NCBI RefSeq assembly: GCF_006345805.1
Contig: NC_043006.1
Span: 56,730,001 to 56,794,000, forward strand
Length of the DNA: 64,000 nucleotides
Reading direction: 5' to 3'
Source of the DNA: Octopus sinensis
Lineage: Eukaryota
A program made the translations under genes and the position numbers. Positions 1 through 13,830 of this stretch are shown here, piece after piece. Under the pieces are notes generated by a model. The model saw only the letters and a list, made by a program, of their open reading frames with translations, searched no databases and was not told the origin of the DNA. Within the stretch, counting starts at the first letter, position 1; each line of letters opens with the position of its first letter.

Positions 1-902
1 CGCTTGCAAGGCTGACAGGGGGGTGGGGTGGCATATCTACTTTTGAATTAGCGGCAGGGAAATTTCCATATATTCTCGAAAATAAACCGAGAGATGGTTG
101 TAGCCGATGTATGGAAAGATGTTTAATCTCTTGACTGAAACAGACATTTGTTAGAATGCGCCTTATGTTTAAAATAATGAGGCGAAGAAGCAAGTACAGG
201 CCGTGTGCTATAGGCCTACTTATTGGGTCCTGACGCAATACATAGGAAAAATTATAATGATCACAACCAGAGATATTGGCACTAACATTGAATCTGTAGC
301 GAATCTTGCATGCATGAAGTGGATTCGATCCACCACAGCCAAATTTAAATTAACACTGCTACAGAACTTTTCCCACGATGGAACAATGTTTGGGTTTTTT
401 GTGACAGCAGTTTTACATTTTGCAGATGCCTTTAGCTAGGCCGAAATAATGTCTTCACTACTTGACCCTTTCTAACCTCTTCTACTTCTCCAAAAGCTAG
501 CATAGAGATGACAAGACCACCAACTAAATCTGTTGTTCTCAATGATATATCTATCCTTCTGAATATATAAATCAGCACATCCCAAGCAAAAATCAGTTAG
601 TCACCACTTCGGTGAAGACTCAACCAAGTAGCCACTTCGGTGACGAAGAAGTCTGGCTGACCAGCTAGAACCTTGGTCAGAGGGAGAAATGAAGTTTCTG
701 TCAGACGACACACAACACTTCTCTCTAGCTCTAATTCTGTTCTCTTACAACATCATTCTATCTGTCTCAGCAATTACTACTAAACAATGAAGAGGACACA
801 AACAAACTTTACTTCGCATGCTTTTAGATGTATCAAAACCTGCCCGTCGAGGCAAGGTATTGTAACGTAACGGTAAATAAACATTTCCCTAAAACTTTAT
901 GC

Positions 903-1819
903 GGATCTTTTCATTTTGACCGGCATATTTTTAAAATAATTTCCACGTAACTAAACACTTTTAAACTTCGTATACTGGTAGAATGTGTTACATAAAACAT
1001 TTTTTTCTCTTGGCTTTCTTGAGAAAATTCTGTAGTTTGTAAGTTATTTGTTGTTTAATTTCTTGCATTTTGGCAATTTCAATCGATCAATGACGTCTAT
1101 TGAGGTAAATACAATTTCTGCGGTTGTTTGTCAACAACAACTTCTTGCGGTGTCATATCAGTTTGTCACTGTTATTTACGAGAAAAAGATACCCTTCCCC
1201 ACTAAACTTAACCCTAATCCTAACCATAACCCCACATATATAAAAAAAATAAAGATTTTGCAGAAAGTGACGAGCTTCAAATGTAAACAAATACACGTGT
1301 GTGGCCATAAACTTAGGGGTCACACATAAATAGAGCTGGATAACAAAACCGTTCCCTCATTTAGTGTCCACCCATAATTATGACCTTAGTATCGATCTAT
1401 CGCATTTCAATCTGTTTTAGGGTTAGGGGTGGGGGAAGGGTATCTTTTTCTTCAGAAATGTAAATAAACCCAATCTGTTTCTTAAACGAATATATAATAT
1501 GTAATGTGTGTATCTGTGCAACAGAGAGGGAAATTAAAACTGCTTATGTTGTGAACTTAGATTATGTGTTTATTAATAAAAGTTTAATAACGATAATCTT
1601 TTATTCATACGAACGTAACTGATATGACACCGCAAGAAATTGTATTCACCTCAATAGACGTCATTGATTGGTTGAAATTGCCGAAATGCAAGAAATTAAA
1701 CAACAAATAGCTTACAAACTACAGAATTTTCTCAAGAAAGCCAAGAGAAAAAGATGTTTTATGTAACACATTCTACCAGTAAATTTTTAAAAAATCTGTC
1801 GGTCAAAGTGAAAAGATCC
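903..1819. mobile_element. Foldback MITE with long TIRs (mirror copy 52402-53317)
   Basis: GGATCTTTTCA.TTTGACC at the left end pairs with GGTCAAAGTGAAAAGATCC at the right end; long internal arm complementarity. Confidence 0.8.
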
Positions 1820-3329
1820 CTTTCTGCACTTTATTCTTTTACATATTATACAACATGCAATCATAATAACAAATTATTTCTCCCGTTACAATTGCTGACT
1901 ATCAACATTTAATAACGATAATCTTTCAACTATACAATCCCTACCGTTACAAATCTTTGCTTGTGATCGCCTTTGCAATATCTTTGTGAAAACCGACAAA
2001 GAGCGTTACAAACATATATCAAGTAGGATACATGACAACGACCGAGCAATATAACCTGCGACAAACACATCGACTCGACTGTATCTTTACAACGGCTGAG
2101 TAGTCAAAGCTGATGAAGTTAATTATCTGTTTATTGACTGCGTAGTCTGTACTTAAAGTTATCATTGCACTGTAGTTTAACATTGCTGCTGTGCAACTAA
2201 ACTCAGACTTCATGTTTCTGCTTGTTTAGGCTAGTAATTTTAAGCCATTAGTTAACTTTTTTTCTGGTTTATTTCTCCTCTATGTCAAGTCTTAAAACTG
2301 TTGCCGTTATATTTTCATCTAAATCTTTAATTTCTGTGTAGTTAGTTAGTCTTCAGTTTGTATTTTATCAATTGCTTATATTTAAAGAAAAAACAAAACA
2401 AAACAAACAAGCAAAGACTGTATGCTTTCATCTTTCCATAGTAAACCTATTGATTCTCTTTCGCTTCTAAGTATTTTCTAGTTCAACTATTGTTATTTTG
2501 CTGTAGCTTTCTATTTGTAACAAAACCAAACTTTTGTGCATGGAGTAGGAGTATTCTGTCGATATCATCTCGGTGGTAGGATGGGTTATTTCAGGATTCT
2601 CAGTGATGTAGTTATTTGTGCGTATTAAGCGACTATAATCAACCCTCCTGTTTCTGCATTAAGCCAAGAACTTTAGAGGCATTATTGACCTTAACTCCAG
2701 CTTGTTTCCTTTCTGTAGAGACTTGCAGAATATTGATCACGAACGAAGTGGTGTTCCTCTGAAATTTTTTTTCTGCAGTATATTTCAGGATTCTTTCGTA
2801 TGGCCTTACGTTCTGAGTTCAAATACCGCCGAGGTTAACTTTGCCTTTCATCCTTTTGGGGTCGATAAATAAGGTACCAGTTACGCACTTGGGTCGATGT
2901 AATCGACTTAATCCATTTGTCTGTCTTTGGTTGTCCCCTTTATGTTTACCCCCTTGTGGGCAATAAAGAAATATATATTTCAGGATTCTCACTTGATTTT
3001 GTCTCTTCATTTTCTTTAGCCTTTTTTTTCTTTCGTTCTTTTTTTTTAGACTGGTTAATTTTATGTTTGTATTTGTTATTAATTTATTTTTGTATTTCTT
3101 AATAATACTTGCAAGTATTTTCTAGTCCCACCAATGTTATGTAGAGATTTTTTATTGCTTTATTTTATATCAGATTCTAGGGGAATCCATCTCTCTCATC
3201 TTTTGGGTGGTGGCTTCGACAAAATTTCTGAAGTTTTTAAGTTTTTCTGCCTAAGCTATCTGCAGCGGGATGTGTAGCGAATTGTGATGTTGTTGATGGT
3301 TCAATATAAGTTGTCGGGTGTGTGCTAGT

Positions 3330-3780
3330 TACACGATCACTGACGAAGAGCAGGCGACTTTATGAGTGAGAGCCAGGGAATTCCGTTGCGTTAAATTCCT
3401 GGTTAATTTGTTTCCCGAACGGGATGTTGAGAACGAACACGGGAGTCGTTCATTTCTGCGCCCGTGTTCAAAATGTATGGTGGTACCAACATGCTTCCTG
3501 TGAATTACGGGAAGAATTCGAGCTCCGTGACCGCCTACCAAATCGACGCGATTAGCTGCTACTTTGATGGGGGAGACCAAAGGTTAGGGCTTGTATCTGC
3601 TCTGTCAGGGCCTGTATTAGTGATGCTCGCTGCGTCACCAACGAATGCAAGTCCGCTTGTTCCGAAGCGCTGGACGACGAAAGGAAAGGATCGGTAGAAG
3701 GGATCGCTGCCTGGAATTCCATGTCGACCGAGAGTGAATTCACCGCTGGGTTGTATTCCAGTAGAGACATGACGATTAGT
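3330..3780 (-). mobile_element. Gypsy gag-like remnant (mirror copy ~50430-50880)
   Basis: RSRSSNSSRNSQEACWYHHTF motif resembles the Gypsy gag C-terminus; stops present. Confidence 0.5.
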
Positions 3781-5026
3781 CACAGCAATTTTCTAGTTCG
3801 GGTAGCGAAATGTGATATTGTTGATGATACAGTGTAAGTTGGCGCGTGTAGCAGGATGATGATAGGCGTGTTGGACCGACACCAACGGAAAACAAATGAA
3901 AAAGAATAGAAATGCAGTTTTCATAATTTATTTGGTTAACAGTTGCATCTACGTGTTAGATACAGAGAACTTGATTTGAAACATGACCAAATCTGCCGCT
4001 ACATAAAGTTACCAACTACTTCGAGTTGGCAAAGTAAAACTGGAGGAAAGAGAATGTTGATGTGACGGGATAGTACCAGGTAAATGTACCTTGTACTATC
4101 TAGTACCAGGTAAATATACCTTGTACTATCTCGTCATATCAACATGTGCGTTTGTCATTTGGTCGTGTTGTGTTGTTTTTCTATCTTGTCTGTTCGTGGT
4201 CTACAACTGCAACTGTCTAGCGTCAACGGTCACTGCTAGCTCATCTCTGAATATGTTGCTAACTGGCGCGTGTTTAAGGCAACCGTATTTATAATGGCTA
4301 TCCTAGCTAGAAGGTTGGATATACCATAAGAGTAGTTTGTACTTATTTAGGTCACTTGTCTATCTGAACTTTCCGTGATAGAGCCCAGGTTGGAGTTTGA
4401 TTGGAAATTCATCCATCACTTTCTCATAAGGCAAAGAAATCTTTTGCGCCTAGTCAGCCTGGAGGTGGATCAGGCGAGCGAGAATCTTTAGATTCGGTTT
4501 CGAATCGCAGCCCGGAATATAAAATGTAGTTTCCACATATTAATTTTAATTCCTTTCCAGTTTACCATTCTGAAGCTGTAGTTTATACTCGGAAGATTTA
4601 TATACACGAGCTTACTTCTAACCTGCAATTTATTTTTTAATAATACTTCTCTAATAATCTTTCCAATTCCTCTTAATTTCTGAGCATTATATTTTATCAG
4701 TCTCATCTACTCTTAAGCATTTGTAGAGATGTGTTTAGTCTAAATCTCTAGTTTTGATATTTGTATCTTATTGCATATTTTCAGTTTTACTTAGTTTGTG
4801 TCATCTTATAGAAGCGTTTTCACTTTTGCCATATCTTAGACTCAAGTTTATGCCTTGGCAGAATTTGTGAAAACTTGTTAGTAGGTTTTTTTTCCTTTGG
4901 ATATTATCGCTTGCATATATTTACAAATCATCCGTATAGAAGAGAAAGTTAATAGTTTATACATAGCATTAAAACACTCTAATTTTTTTAAAAATGTAAA
5001 TGGAGTCAGCGTTTGGAAAAAAAATT

Positions 5027-5155
5027 AGTTTTAGAGTTAGGGTTAGGTTATGGTTAGTTTCTGGTTTAGGGTTAGTTTTAGTTTTAGGATTAGGGTTGGG
5101 TTAGGTTTAGTTTTAGAGTTAGGGTTTGGATCAGGGTCAGGGCCAGGGTTAGTTA
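5027..5155 (+). repeat. Short degenerate TTAGGG-like tract (mirror copy ~49055-49185)
   Basis: GTTAGGGTTAGG...TTAGGATTAGGGTTGGGTTAGG. Confidence 0.7.
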
Positions 5156-6199
5156 ATGGCCTTTTCTGTTGTTCCCAAATCTCTTCTGAGACGAAATAAT
5201 GTCATAGAATTAAAAATTCCACGTTCAGGCAGAAAATTTGACATAATAATATATATTATGCATGGCCACAGCTCATGAGGAGAAACTGGAAAAATCAAAA
5301 AAAATCAAAATCATAGGTTAGAAACTGAATTTCCAGAAGAAGATTGTGGAGCGGTCTTCTTACAATTCACAGACGATGTTGTCGGGCCCCTCGTATCATT
5401 AATAATATTTGACTGGTAAAAGCAAATTACCACCTCTTTTTTCGTCCGACATATTTGTTTATATTAGCGAGTGTCCGATTTAGTATAAAATATTTTCAAA
5501 TGGATGAATCTTTCTAATTTTTTTGAATACATCATTAATTTTGTATATATTTTCCATTTTCATAAATTTTTCTTAATTGCATTTCATTTTCTTGGAGATG
5601 TGCGTTTCTAAAGGAGCGCCAAGTAGAGTATAGACTAAAACTGGGCATCTGTAATGTTATCGGTCGTCCACAGTTCTCTTCTAATTGGTTAATGGAGCCA
5701 ATGGAACGTCAAGCCTTTTTGCTTTCTATAAACGGTTGGTGGCAAACGTGAGAGACGACATTATCAAGAAAGCCCTTAGTGTCGACGAAGACCAGCTATA
5801 AAGCATGCCCTAGTGGACCTTCAATTTATGAATTAGGAATAATTTCTAAACTCTCTGGTCCTAGAGTGCTAAGAGTGGTGCATTGTCACTTCTGGATAGA
5901 CCCTGCTAGAGGAAAGGTTGTCTGAGATACGCATAGGATAACGTCAGTGTTTATTACGCGCTCATTCAATTTTTCAGCATTGCTGACTCGCAGAACTATG
6001 ATGAACGGTTGTCAGCTCATGCGGTGTGGAACCAGCGGTTAACTGAATATCATGTAAAAATCTTCCTACTATATTCTTTTAACAAAAAGAGTGAGACCTT
6101 TTTCTTCTGCTTGATGGATTTGCTAAAGAGATTTTATGGGCGAGATTGAAATTAATGAGGGCAGACACTTTACTTTTCACAAAGATAAGTCAAAGACGA

Positions 6200-6990
6200 A
6201 AATAATGATGTCATCAGAATAATGACGCCATATAGAGAGGTGATGTCATAAGGATAATGATGTTAGAGAATAATAATGCCATAAAGGATAACGATGTCAT
6301 TACAGGGTACGGCGTTTTAGAGAACAACGATGTCGATAAGAATGCCTCAGAATAGCGACATCGTAGATAATGGTTGCTGATTGAGGCAAAAATCCAGCAA
6401 TTTTTTAAAGGGGAGGGTCTTTGTTGATACGACCGACCACAGTACTTGACTGGAAATTTATTGTATCTATTCCAAAAAGATGAAAGGCATAGGTGACCTC
6501 AGCCGAACTTGAACGTAAAAAAAGCCGAAACAAGTACCGCAAAACTTTTTGTGCGACGCTCTAACGATTTCATCCGTTCAATGGTCATACAGGATAATGA
6601 TACATAGATGTCATAGAAAATAAGGGTACTATAGATGATGATGATCTCATCGAAGATGATGATACCATAAATGCTCATGGTATCATAGAATATAATGTTA
6701 CAAGGCGACGAGCTGGCAGAAACGTTAGCACGCCGTGGGAAAATGCGTAGCCGTATTTCGTCTGCCGCTACGTTTTGAGTTCAAATTCTGCCGAGGTCGA
6801 TTTTGCTTTTCATCCTTTCGGGGTCGATTAAATAAGTACCAGTTATGCACTGGTGTCGATGTAATCGACTTAATCCGTTTGTCTGTCCTTGTTTGTCCTC
6901 TCTGTGTTTAGCCCCTTGTGGGTAGTAAAGAAATAGGTATCATAGAATATGTTACCATAGAAGATAATGATACCACAGAACATAATATAT
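6200..6990 (+). repeat. Degenerate ~18-24-bp minisatellite (AATGATGTCATAGA-like) interrupted by a SINE
   Basis: Recurrent GATGTCATA/GATACCATA units. Confidence 0.6.
6702..6935 (+). mobile_element. Octopus-type SINE, near full length. Other family copies: ~2803-2971, 9123-9260, 34040-34100, 40370-40517, 47255-47490, 51236-51408, 62105-62200, 63090-63150.
   Basis: Shared core GAGTTCAAAT.CCGCCGAGGTCGACTTTGCCTTTCATCC; TSD-like GGTATCATAGAATAT on both sides. Confidence 0.85.
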
Positions 6991-7592
6991 AATAGAAAAA
7001 AAGTGAAGTTGTGCTAATAGTTGTAGGTTACATTTTGTGAACAGCATCCAAGAAAATACTGTACTTTCAATTATATACAAGCAAAAATCTGATATAAATG
7101 ACAACATACAACAGAAAATATAGGTCAAAACATATGTTAATAAACATAGTAATTGAATTGTCAGTACACAATTGTATAAGAATATAAATCAGTTGTAAAC
7201 CATACAGAACCATTTGACCAATATATTTGGTCATCATCATCATCATCACCTCTACCATGTGTATGTGTGTGAGTGAGAGTGTGTATGTGCGTGCGTGCAT
7301 GTCTGTGTGCGAGTTTCTTTCATTTATCGTTTACCATTGCCGCTCATAAGGCTTTTGGGGGACTCGATGCCATAGTTGAAGACACATATTCAAATTGCTA
7401 AGCAGCCAAGCTTAGCCTCGGATCACATGATTGAGAAATGAACCTTTCATCTTCGCAGCTACATCCGCGCCTACTTATTAATTCATTATATTTATTTCTG
7501 CGTAACTTTTCCTTTTCTTGTTTGCTAGCGCATCAACGTGCGCCCGCGTATTTCATTTACTTAGCTTTAAATCTATTTTCTTTTCACACCAG

Positions 7593-8134
7593 GACGAATT
7601 TGCTTTGTCGAACGCAGAAAACTACTCTGCCTTACATCCACATGTCTCATTACCTAACGGAGAGTATGCTAAAAACCTGTGTCAAAATTGTGATGAATTT
7701 CGAAAACGTGGCAGGTATATCACTTTGAAGGAGGTTACAAAAGAAGAAGAAGACTTTCCTCTTGCTTATTCCATCGTACTTTACAAAGAACCCGATCAAG
7801 TTGAAAACTTACTGAGGGCCATTTACCGTCCACACAATTATTATTGCATTCACGTTGATAACAGTTCTGATCCTTTGATATTGAGTGACATGGAAGCGAT
7901 AGCAAAGTGTTTACCTAATGTTTACATTGCATCTCGCATTATCGACGTTGAATGGGGAATATTTTCTCAAACGGAAGCTGAGTTAATTTGCATGAGGGAT
8001 TTGTTAAAATATAAAAAATGGAAATATTTCATAAATTTAACGGGACAGGAATATCCGTTGAAAACCAACCTTCAAATTGTACGAATCCTTAAAGCGCTTA
8101 AAGGAGCTAACGATATTGAAGGAATACGTGATAA
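7593..8134 (+). CDS. GCNT: GCNT-family exon 3, left copy (its exons 1-2 would lie upstream of the window)
   Basis: Inverted copy of 45651-46192; open frame; CAG acceptor at 7590-7592, GTAAGT donor at 8135. Confidence 0.9.
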
Positions 8135-9539
8135 GTAAGTATTATTTATTGATTTTAGAGTATTGTTCTTACAGTTTTCTAATTTGCTTACTTTCCTAAA
8201 CTGAAAGTTTTTCTTACGATTATATATAAAAGGAGGCCGACTTGTTTGGTACATACACACACACGCTCGCGCAGGAACATATATATATATATGTATATGC
8301 ATGTATGTGTATATGTATATATATGTTTATGTATGTATATGTATGTATATATATATATATATATATATATGTATGAACGGTTAAAACAGAATTGCAACAT
8401 GTCCGTCAAAACTTTGTAGATAAGAATAAATCTTTCAACGTAGTCAGAGAAGCTTATACAACGTTTAACAGAAGCGTTAAAATCTAAAGATGCCAGTGAG
8501 AGGAAGCTTGACAAATTTGAACATCACCAGGAATGTTATATGAAAAACTTAAACCAGAAAATAGATATTTTAGTGAAGGAAAAAAAGGAAAAACTAAAAG
8601 AGCAAGTATCTTCACTGAAGTGTGACAACAGCCGACTACCAGAAAGTAAATTTCAGGTGATCCAGGAAATTAACGAACTAAAGGTGAATATGTTGCAGGC
8701 AAACAATAAACGGGATGAGATGCAGTGTAATATGCGTAAGAAGATTGCTGTTATGTATGAGGAAATGTCTTCCAACTCACGAAAACACTGCTGAGTTTTG
8801 AAGATGGAAATCATAACATTATGGTGGAATTAAAGAAGCTTTTCAATTCACAGCAAATAATTAGTAGAAGCTGGAAAAAGGAATGTAGTACAACCTCAAA
8901 GAAATACGATGAGAAAAAAGCACAAATTTGATCTGAGCTGAGACGTTACAAAACTCGCAATTCTAAGCTGAAATCTTTGCAAGTGTGTCAAGTAAAGATA
9001 ACAGAGAGTGGACAGGTTTAGAAAGATTACACTTGCAAAATACAAAGAAGGGAATGGGACTTGAAGTTATTCGATTTTTTGATGGCATATTGTTTGGAAA
9101 CGCACGAGTCTACTGGCTATACACGTTCTGAGTTCAAATCCCGCCGAGGTCGACTTTGCCTTTCATCCTTTCGCAGTCGATAAATTAAGTATCAGTTGCG
9201 TACTGGGGTCGATCAAATCGATTGGCTCCTCCCTTCCCCAAAATTTTACCTCTTGTGCCTTGATTAGAAAAGAAAAGAATATATATATATATATATAATC
9301 TATTTGGGCTTTTCTTGAACCCCTTCTGCAGTCAGTTTTGCTTTTCACAAATCTCGGATCAGCTTTTCCAGAACATATTTTCATGAGCAAAAGAAAAAGA
9401 AAGACAGACAGACAGACAGACAGAGAAATAAATGACCGAGATCAAGCGCTCGCCGACAAGTGAGTGTTTTTTTGACAAATTAAGTATAAATATATTTTTG
9501 CGATTCATATTGCTTTTCATGTTCTGCTCTATTTAACAG

Positions 9540-9796
9540 AAGTTTTGAATTTCGGACAAAATATCACTATGTTAAATTTCAACAAATGGGCCTGAAACCG
9601 CCTCCACCACATAACATTACAGTTTCAAAAGGAAGCGTACACATTGCAGCATCACGTGGTTATGTAGAATTTCTTATCATGGATCGCCGATCACAGGACT
9701 TTACTAATTGGGTTCGGGATACAAGAAACCCAGATGAAACATTATTTTCAACAATGAATCACAACCCACATCTGAGAGTACCTGGTTCTTTCAATG
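9540..9796 (+). CDS. GCNT: GCNT-family exon 4, left copy
   Basis: Acceptor AG at 9538-9539, donor GTATGT at 9797; translation same as right copy. Confidence 0.9.
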
Positions 9797-10833
9797 GTAT
9801 GTGTTTAATGAATGATTTCATTTTTTTTATATATTTGAACGTATTAACAACAGTTTATTGTTGTAGTAATAGCTTGGGCTATCAGAAACTTTGTAAAGAA
9901 GAAAACTAGAGAACGTCATTACTAACAAATCAAGGAATGAGCATGGGCAAAAATATGAAACCCGATTCAATGAGGTCGCCTAGAAATAGTAGCCAAATGT
10001 TCTCCAAATCACACAAATCGTCTTATAAATAAGGATACTTTAAGTAATGTAGATTGAGAAGAAAGACAAGATGGAGGCATTTCGAATGATTTATTTTCAT
10101 GGGTCTTCTCATTCAGAGCCGATCTATACAAAACAATAACGACAACTAGTAATCGATTATGTCGACAAAAATGTGAATGCACTTCTTAGCTTATAATATA
10201 TGTAATTTTGGACTCCTTATTCAAGCGAGCAGCTAACAGGAAAAGTAACAACTTGTAGCGTAGCTAGGTGATATCCTCACTGTTTGAGAGATATATTAGA
10301 AATGACCTCGTATTAGATAGCAATCATCTTTCGGCTGCTTAGGTTCAGTTGTGTCCGCTACTCTGATTGGTTGATTATTTCGCGCCAGTGTGTAAAACAA
10401 CCAATCACGGCCTTCGGATAAGGTCCCATGACACAGTCTTTTTGGGTTTTCACTAGAGCTCACTTTCGGTTGTAAAAGGCGCCAGCAAATCACTATTTCT
10501 CGTCTTAGGTTCTAGTCCTTCTCAGGACTAACCTCTGACCACAGCGACTCAGCCATGTTCCAGCGACGCAGCCAGTTTCTACTCCAGCCGCAACGAGACA
10601 ACATACAGCAACGCAACGACGCCTTTCTTCACCGATGCCTTAGGTCAACTTTACATCGTCTCCATCTCCGTCGCCTTCATCTCCACCAACAGTAATACGT
10701 ACACAGCAATACGCTCTTGTGAATACTCACCAAGGTGAACAGCTCAGTCAGACTGCGAGATTTCTGTATCAAGTAAACCGGCACGGTATAATAACAACGG
10801 ATCTTTTCCTTTTGAACAGCAGATGTCAACACA

Positions 10834-11562
10834 ATTTCTAGTTAACTAAACACTTTTAAACTTCGTATACTGGTAGAATGTGTTTATAAAACATCATTTT
10901 TTCTTGGTTTTATTGAGAAAATTCCATAGTTTGTAACATATTTCCACTATAAAATCGAGCATTTTGACAATTTTAACCAATCAAATACGTCCATTTGGAG
11001 TCAAAACATACCGTGCTGTATGAATATGCCCCTCGTTTAAGAAACAGATTAGGTTTATTTACATTTGCGAAGAAAAAAAGATACCCTTTCCCCCACCCCT
11101 AACCCTAACCCTAACCCCAAAATAGATTGAAATGCAATAGATCGATACCAGGGCCAAAATTATGGGTGACAATTTCATACGACACCGCTACGGAAAAAAT
11201 GGAATTTTTTTCTAGCGGTGTCAAATGAAAATGTCACCCATAATTATGGCCCTGGTATCGATCTATTGCATTTCAATCTATGTTAGGATTAGGGTTAGGG
11301 GTGGGGGAAGGGTAGCTTTTTTTCTCCGAAAATGTAAATAAACCCAATCTGTTTCTTAAACGAGGGGCATATTCATACATCACGGAATCTTTTCACCCCA
11401 AATGGAGGTGAGCGATTGGTTAAAATTGCCAAAATGCTCGATTTTAAAGTGGGAATATGTTATAACATATAGAATTTTCTCAATAAAGCCAAGAAAAAAT
11501 GCTGTTTTATAAACACATTCTACCAGTATACAAAGTTTAAAAGTGTTTAGTTAACTAGAAAT
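10834..11562. mobile_element. Near-complete palindromic foldback MITE in GCNT intron 4 (mirror copy 38060-38785; partial relative near 33625)
   Basis: ATTTCTAGTTAACTAAACAC pairs with GTGTTTAGTTAACTAGAAAT; ~350-bp arms; same family as 903-1819. Confidence 0.88.
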
Positions 11563-12723
11563 CCACAACAACTTCTGCACGTGTAGTAACCGGTACTGCC
11601 TCGTAACCTCAACTTCTTTTATAGGACTACAACTATTCTGTAACCTTACTACGAACTGGTAAATTGACTGCTGAGAGACTCATTCTATGCTCTGTATTGT
11701 ATTCTGTCTCACACGCATACACCTTGTTTGTAATTATGTTCACTCTTGTAACGCAAACACGAACACAGACACAAACATTTGATTGCATGCACCGTTGTTA
11801 TACTTACAACGTACACACAGACACACATGTGCACGCACTCATTCTGCTTGCACCCATAATATATCCTATTGTACACATCTGTAAATAATCTTTCTTCTCT
11901 CAAACAATAGAACGGTTGTGGCGTCCTCATTATTCCTTTTAGCACTTATTCATTTATACAATGTATCTGGCTTCTTATGCGACCGTATAGCATTTAAAAG
12001 GAGACATATCTGTCACCAACTCCATTATGTACGGTCGTTTTACTGCAAACTCAATCACATAAATCAGGTTATCTAAATAGTGGTGCATTTTCTGATGAAA
12101 CACAAAGATCTATATTTTATGATGGTGGGTAAATAGCTGTCTACGTTGGCTTTGGAAGACAATCAAAGAAATAAGAATATTAGCATATACATTCAACGCT
12201 GAGGATTTTATTAGCACTGCGGTAGCAAGAGTTGTTCAGATTATTTATGCATTTGAAGGGTATTTCTAACAGATAAATGTAGTTCCATTAAAATCATACA
12301 ATTTAACATAAGAGGTAACGCCCACAAAGCATTAGTTTAATCGTCTCGAAGGAACGACGCAGTCGTCCATATACGCATATCACATTATGCTTATATGGTT
12401 GATACAGTAATTTTCATGTAATATATGCTGCAACCTATGCGCTTTATTGTACCATAAACCCATTGGAAAAACAAAAACGGGTGTAATTCTGTAACTAAAA
12501 AACCTTTCAATATGAACTTGAATTTCGTAACCAGCGATCCAAATTAATGGACACGGAATAGTTTCAGCTCCAGCACAAAAATTGTTGAATTTTGTTAGTA
12601 AGTTTATTTGATGGGATTTAAGTTGAAATTATTTACTTTAAATTTTCTTTATCGACTTGATTGTGCACTCTTCCTTTTTGGCTTCATTTTATTCATGTTT
12701 TTATTTATTTCTTATATTTACAG

Positions 12724-13022
12724 GGACAGAAATCCGTAAAAAACGTTTAATTTCAAGATTTAAACTTTGGCAGTTTGAGACAAGCAATTGTCATGGAAAG
12801 TGGTTAAGAACAGTTTGTGTTTTTGGACACGGTGATTTGAAACAATTAACAAATTCGTCGAAACTATTTGCAAACAAATTTGAACAGCGCTTTATGCCAA
12901 TGACGCTTCGTTGTCTCTCAGAATGGCATTATAACAGAACACGAGATGAATATAATAGAAAATATGTATTTAGTGCTAAAGCCTATGAACAAATGTTAGA
13001 AGTCCTTTTACGGATACAATAG
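12724..13022 (+). CDS. GCNT: GCNT-family terminal exon 5, left copy
   Basis: Acceptor AG at 12722-12723; stop TAA at 13020-13022; translation same as right copy. Confidence 0.9.
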
Positions 13023-13344
13023 TTTAGCAAACTATTATTGAAATTGGTTACATGTGTCAATTAAAATATTTATATAATTTTTCTTTCTTTGTTTATCTTC
13101 GGTGCGTTGTTCATAAAAGATATCTTGCTACGGATAGGAATATGGGAAGGGTAATAGGAGGTTTAGATCAATAAAGTTTCGAAACGGTGTGATATGTTCT
13201 GCAGTACGTTAACCGAAACTTATTCTAGTGAAGAAATTTTTTTGTTCAACTACATGCGGGCTATAAAAATCGAATTATTTTGGCTTCATTTTCTTAACTG
13301 CGGGCTGTAAAAATCGAATTATTTTGGGTTCATTTTCTTAACTG

Positions 13345-13730
13345 AAAACTTCCGTAAATCACTCCGACATGGACTAATTCCAACTGGGAAATGGATGAAG
13401 CTTTGTTATAGTGGAGAGAATTGGATTTGTCAGTTCCTGTTACAGTTGAGGATAGATGGAATTAGAGAGTATGGGACAACTACACTCAGGTACCTCTTTC
13501 AACTCTCTCCTTGATCAATCCGATCAATTTTCAAGGTATCGCCTACTTTCTGCTAGTGCAAAATTCTCAGGGGACTGGATTGATACCCTGCCTGTGGCCA
13601 ACATTGGTGGTCTACTCAATCAACATGAGCTCCGCATCTCCATCGCACTCAGAGTGGGACCTGACATCTGTAGGGTACAAAGATGTCGCTGTTGCAAGCC
13701 CCTCGATGCCACAGGTCTGTTTTGCTGCCT
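13345..13730 (+). mobile_element. Same CRE-like remnant in the left arm, cut by the gap
   Basis: Reverse complement of ~35859-36240. Confidence 0.7.
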
Positions 13731-13830
13731 NNNNNNNNNNNNNNNNNNNNNNNNNNNNNNNNNNNNNNNNNNNNNNNNNNNNNNNNNNNNNNNNNNNNNN
13801 NNNNNNNNNNNNNNNNNNNNNNNNNNNNNN
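13731..13830. other. Assembly gap (100 N)
   Basis: Exactly 100 N, which suggests a placeholder scaffold join. Confidence 1.

Larger units (their letters stand above)
1..13730 (+). repeat. Left arm of large inverted duplication (or duplicated haplotype)
   Basis: Reverse complement of 35859-54219. Position 1 maps to 54219 and 13730 to 35859; paired ORFs appear in the track on opposite strands. Confidence 0.97.

Noticed and set aside
4488-4706. Possible L1 APE endonuclease remnant that could be the partner of the ORF1-only elements
   Set aside because: Only a weak N-terminal resemblance (RLIKYNAQKLRG), heavily decayed, and no shared 3' tail seen.
7518-7592. ORF-track N-terminal extensions of GCNT exons (also 9797-9909 and 12657-12723)
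   Set aside because: Intronic read-through outside canonical splice sites.
8540-8794. Coiled-coil ORF as a nested host gene (mirror copy 44989-45243)
   Set aside because: Stop-interrupted and continuous with Gypsy integrase remnants in the right arm.
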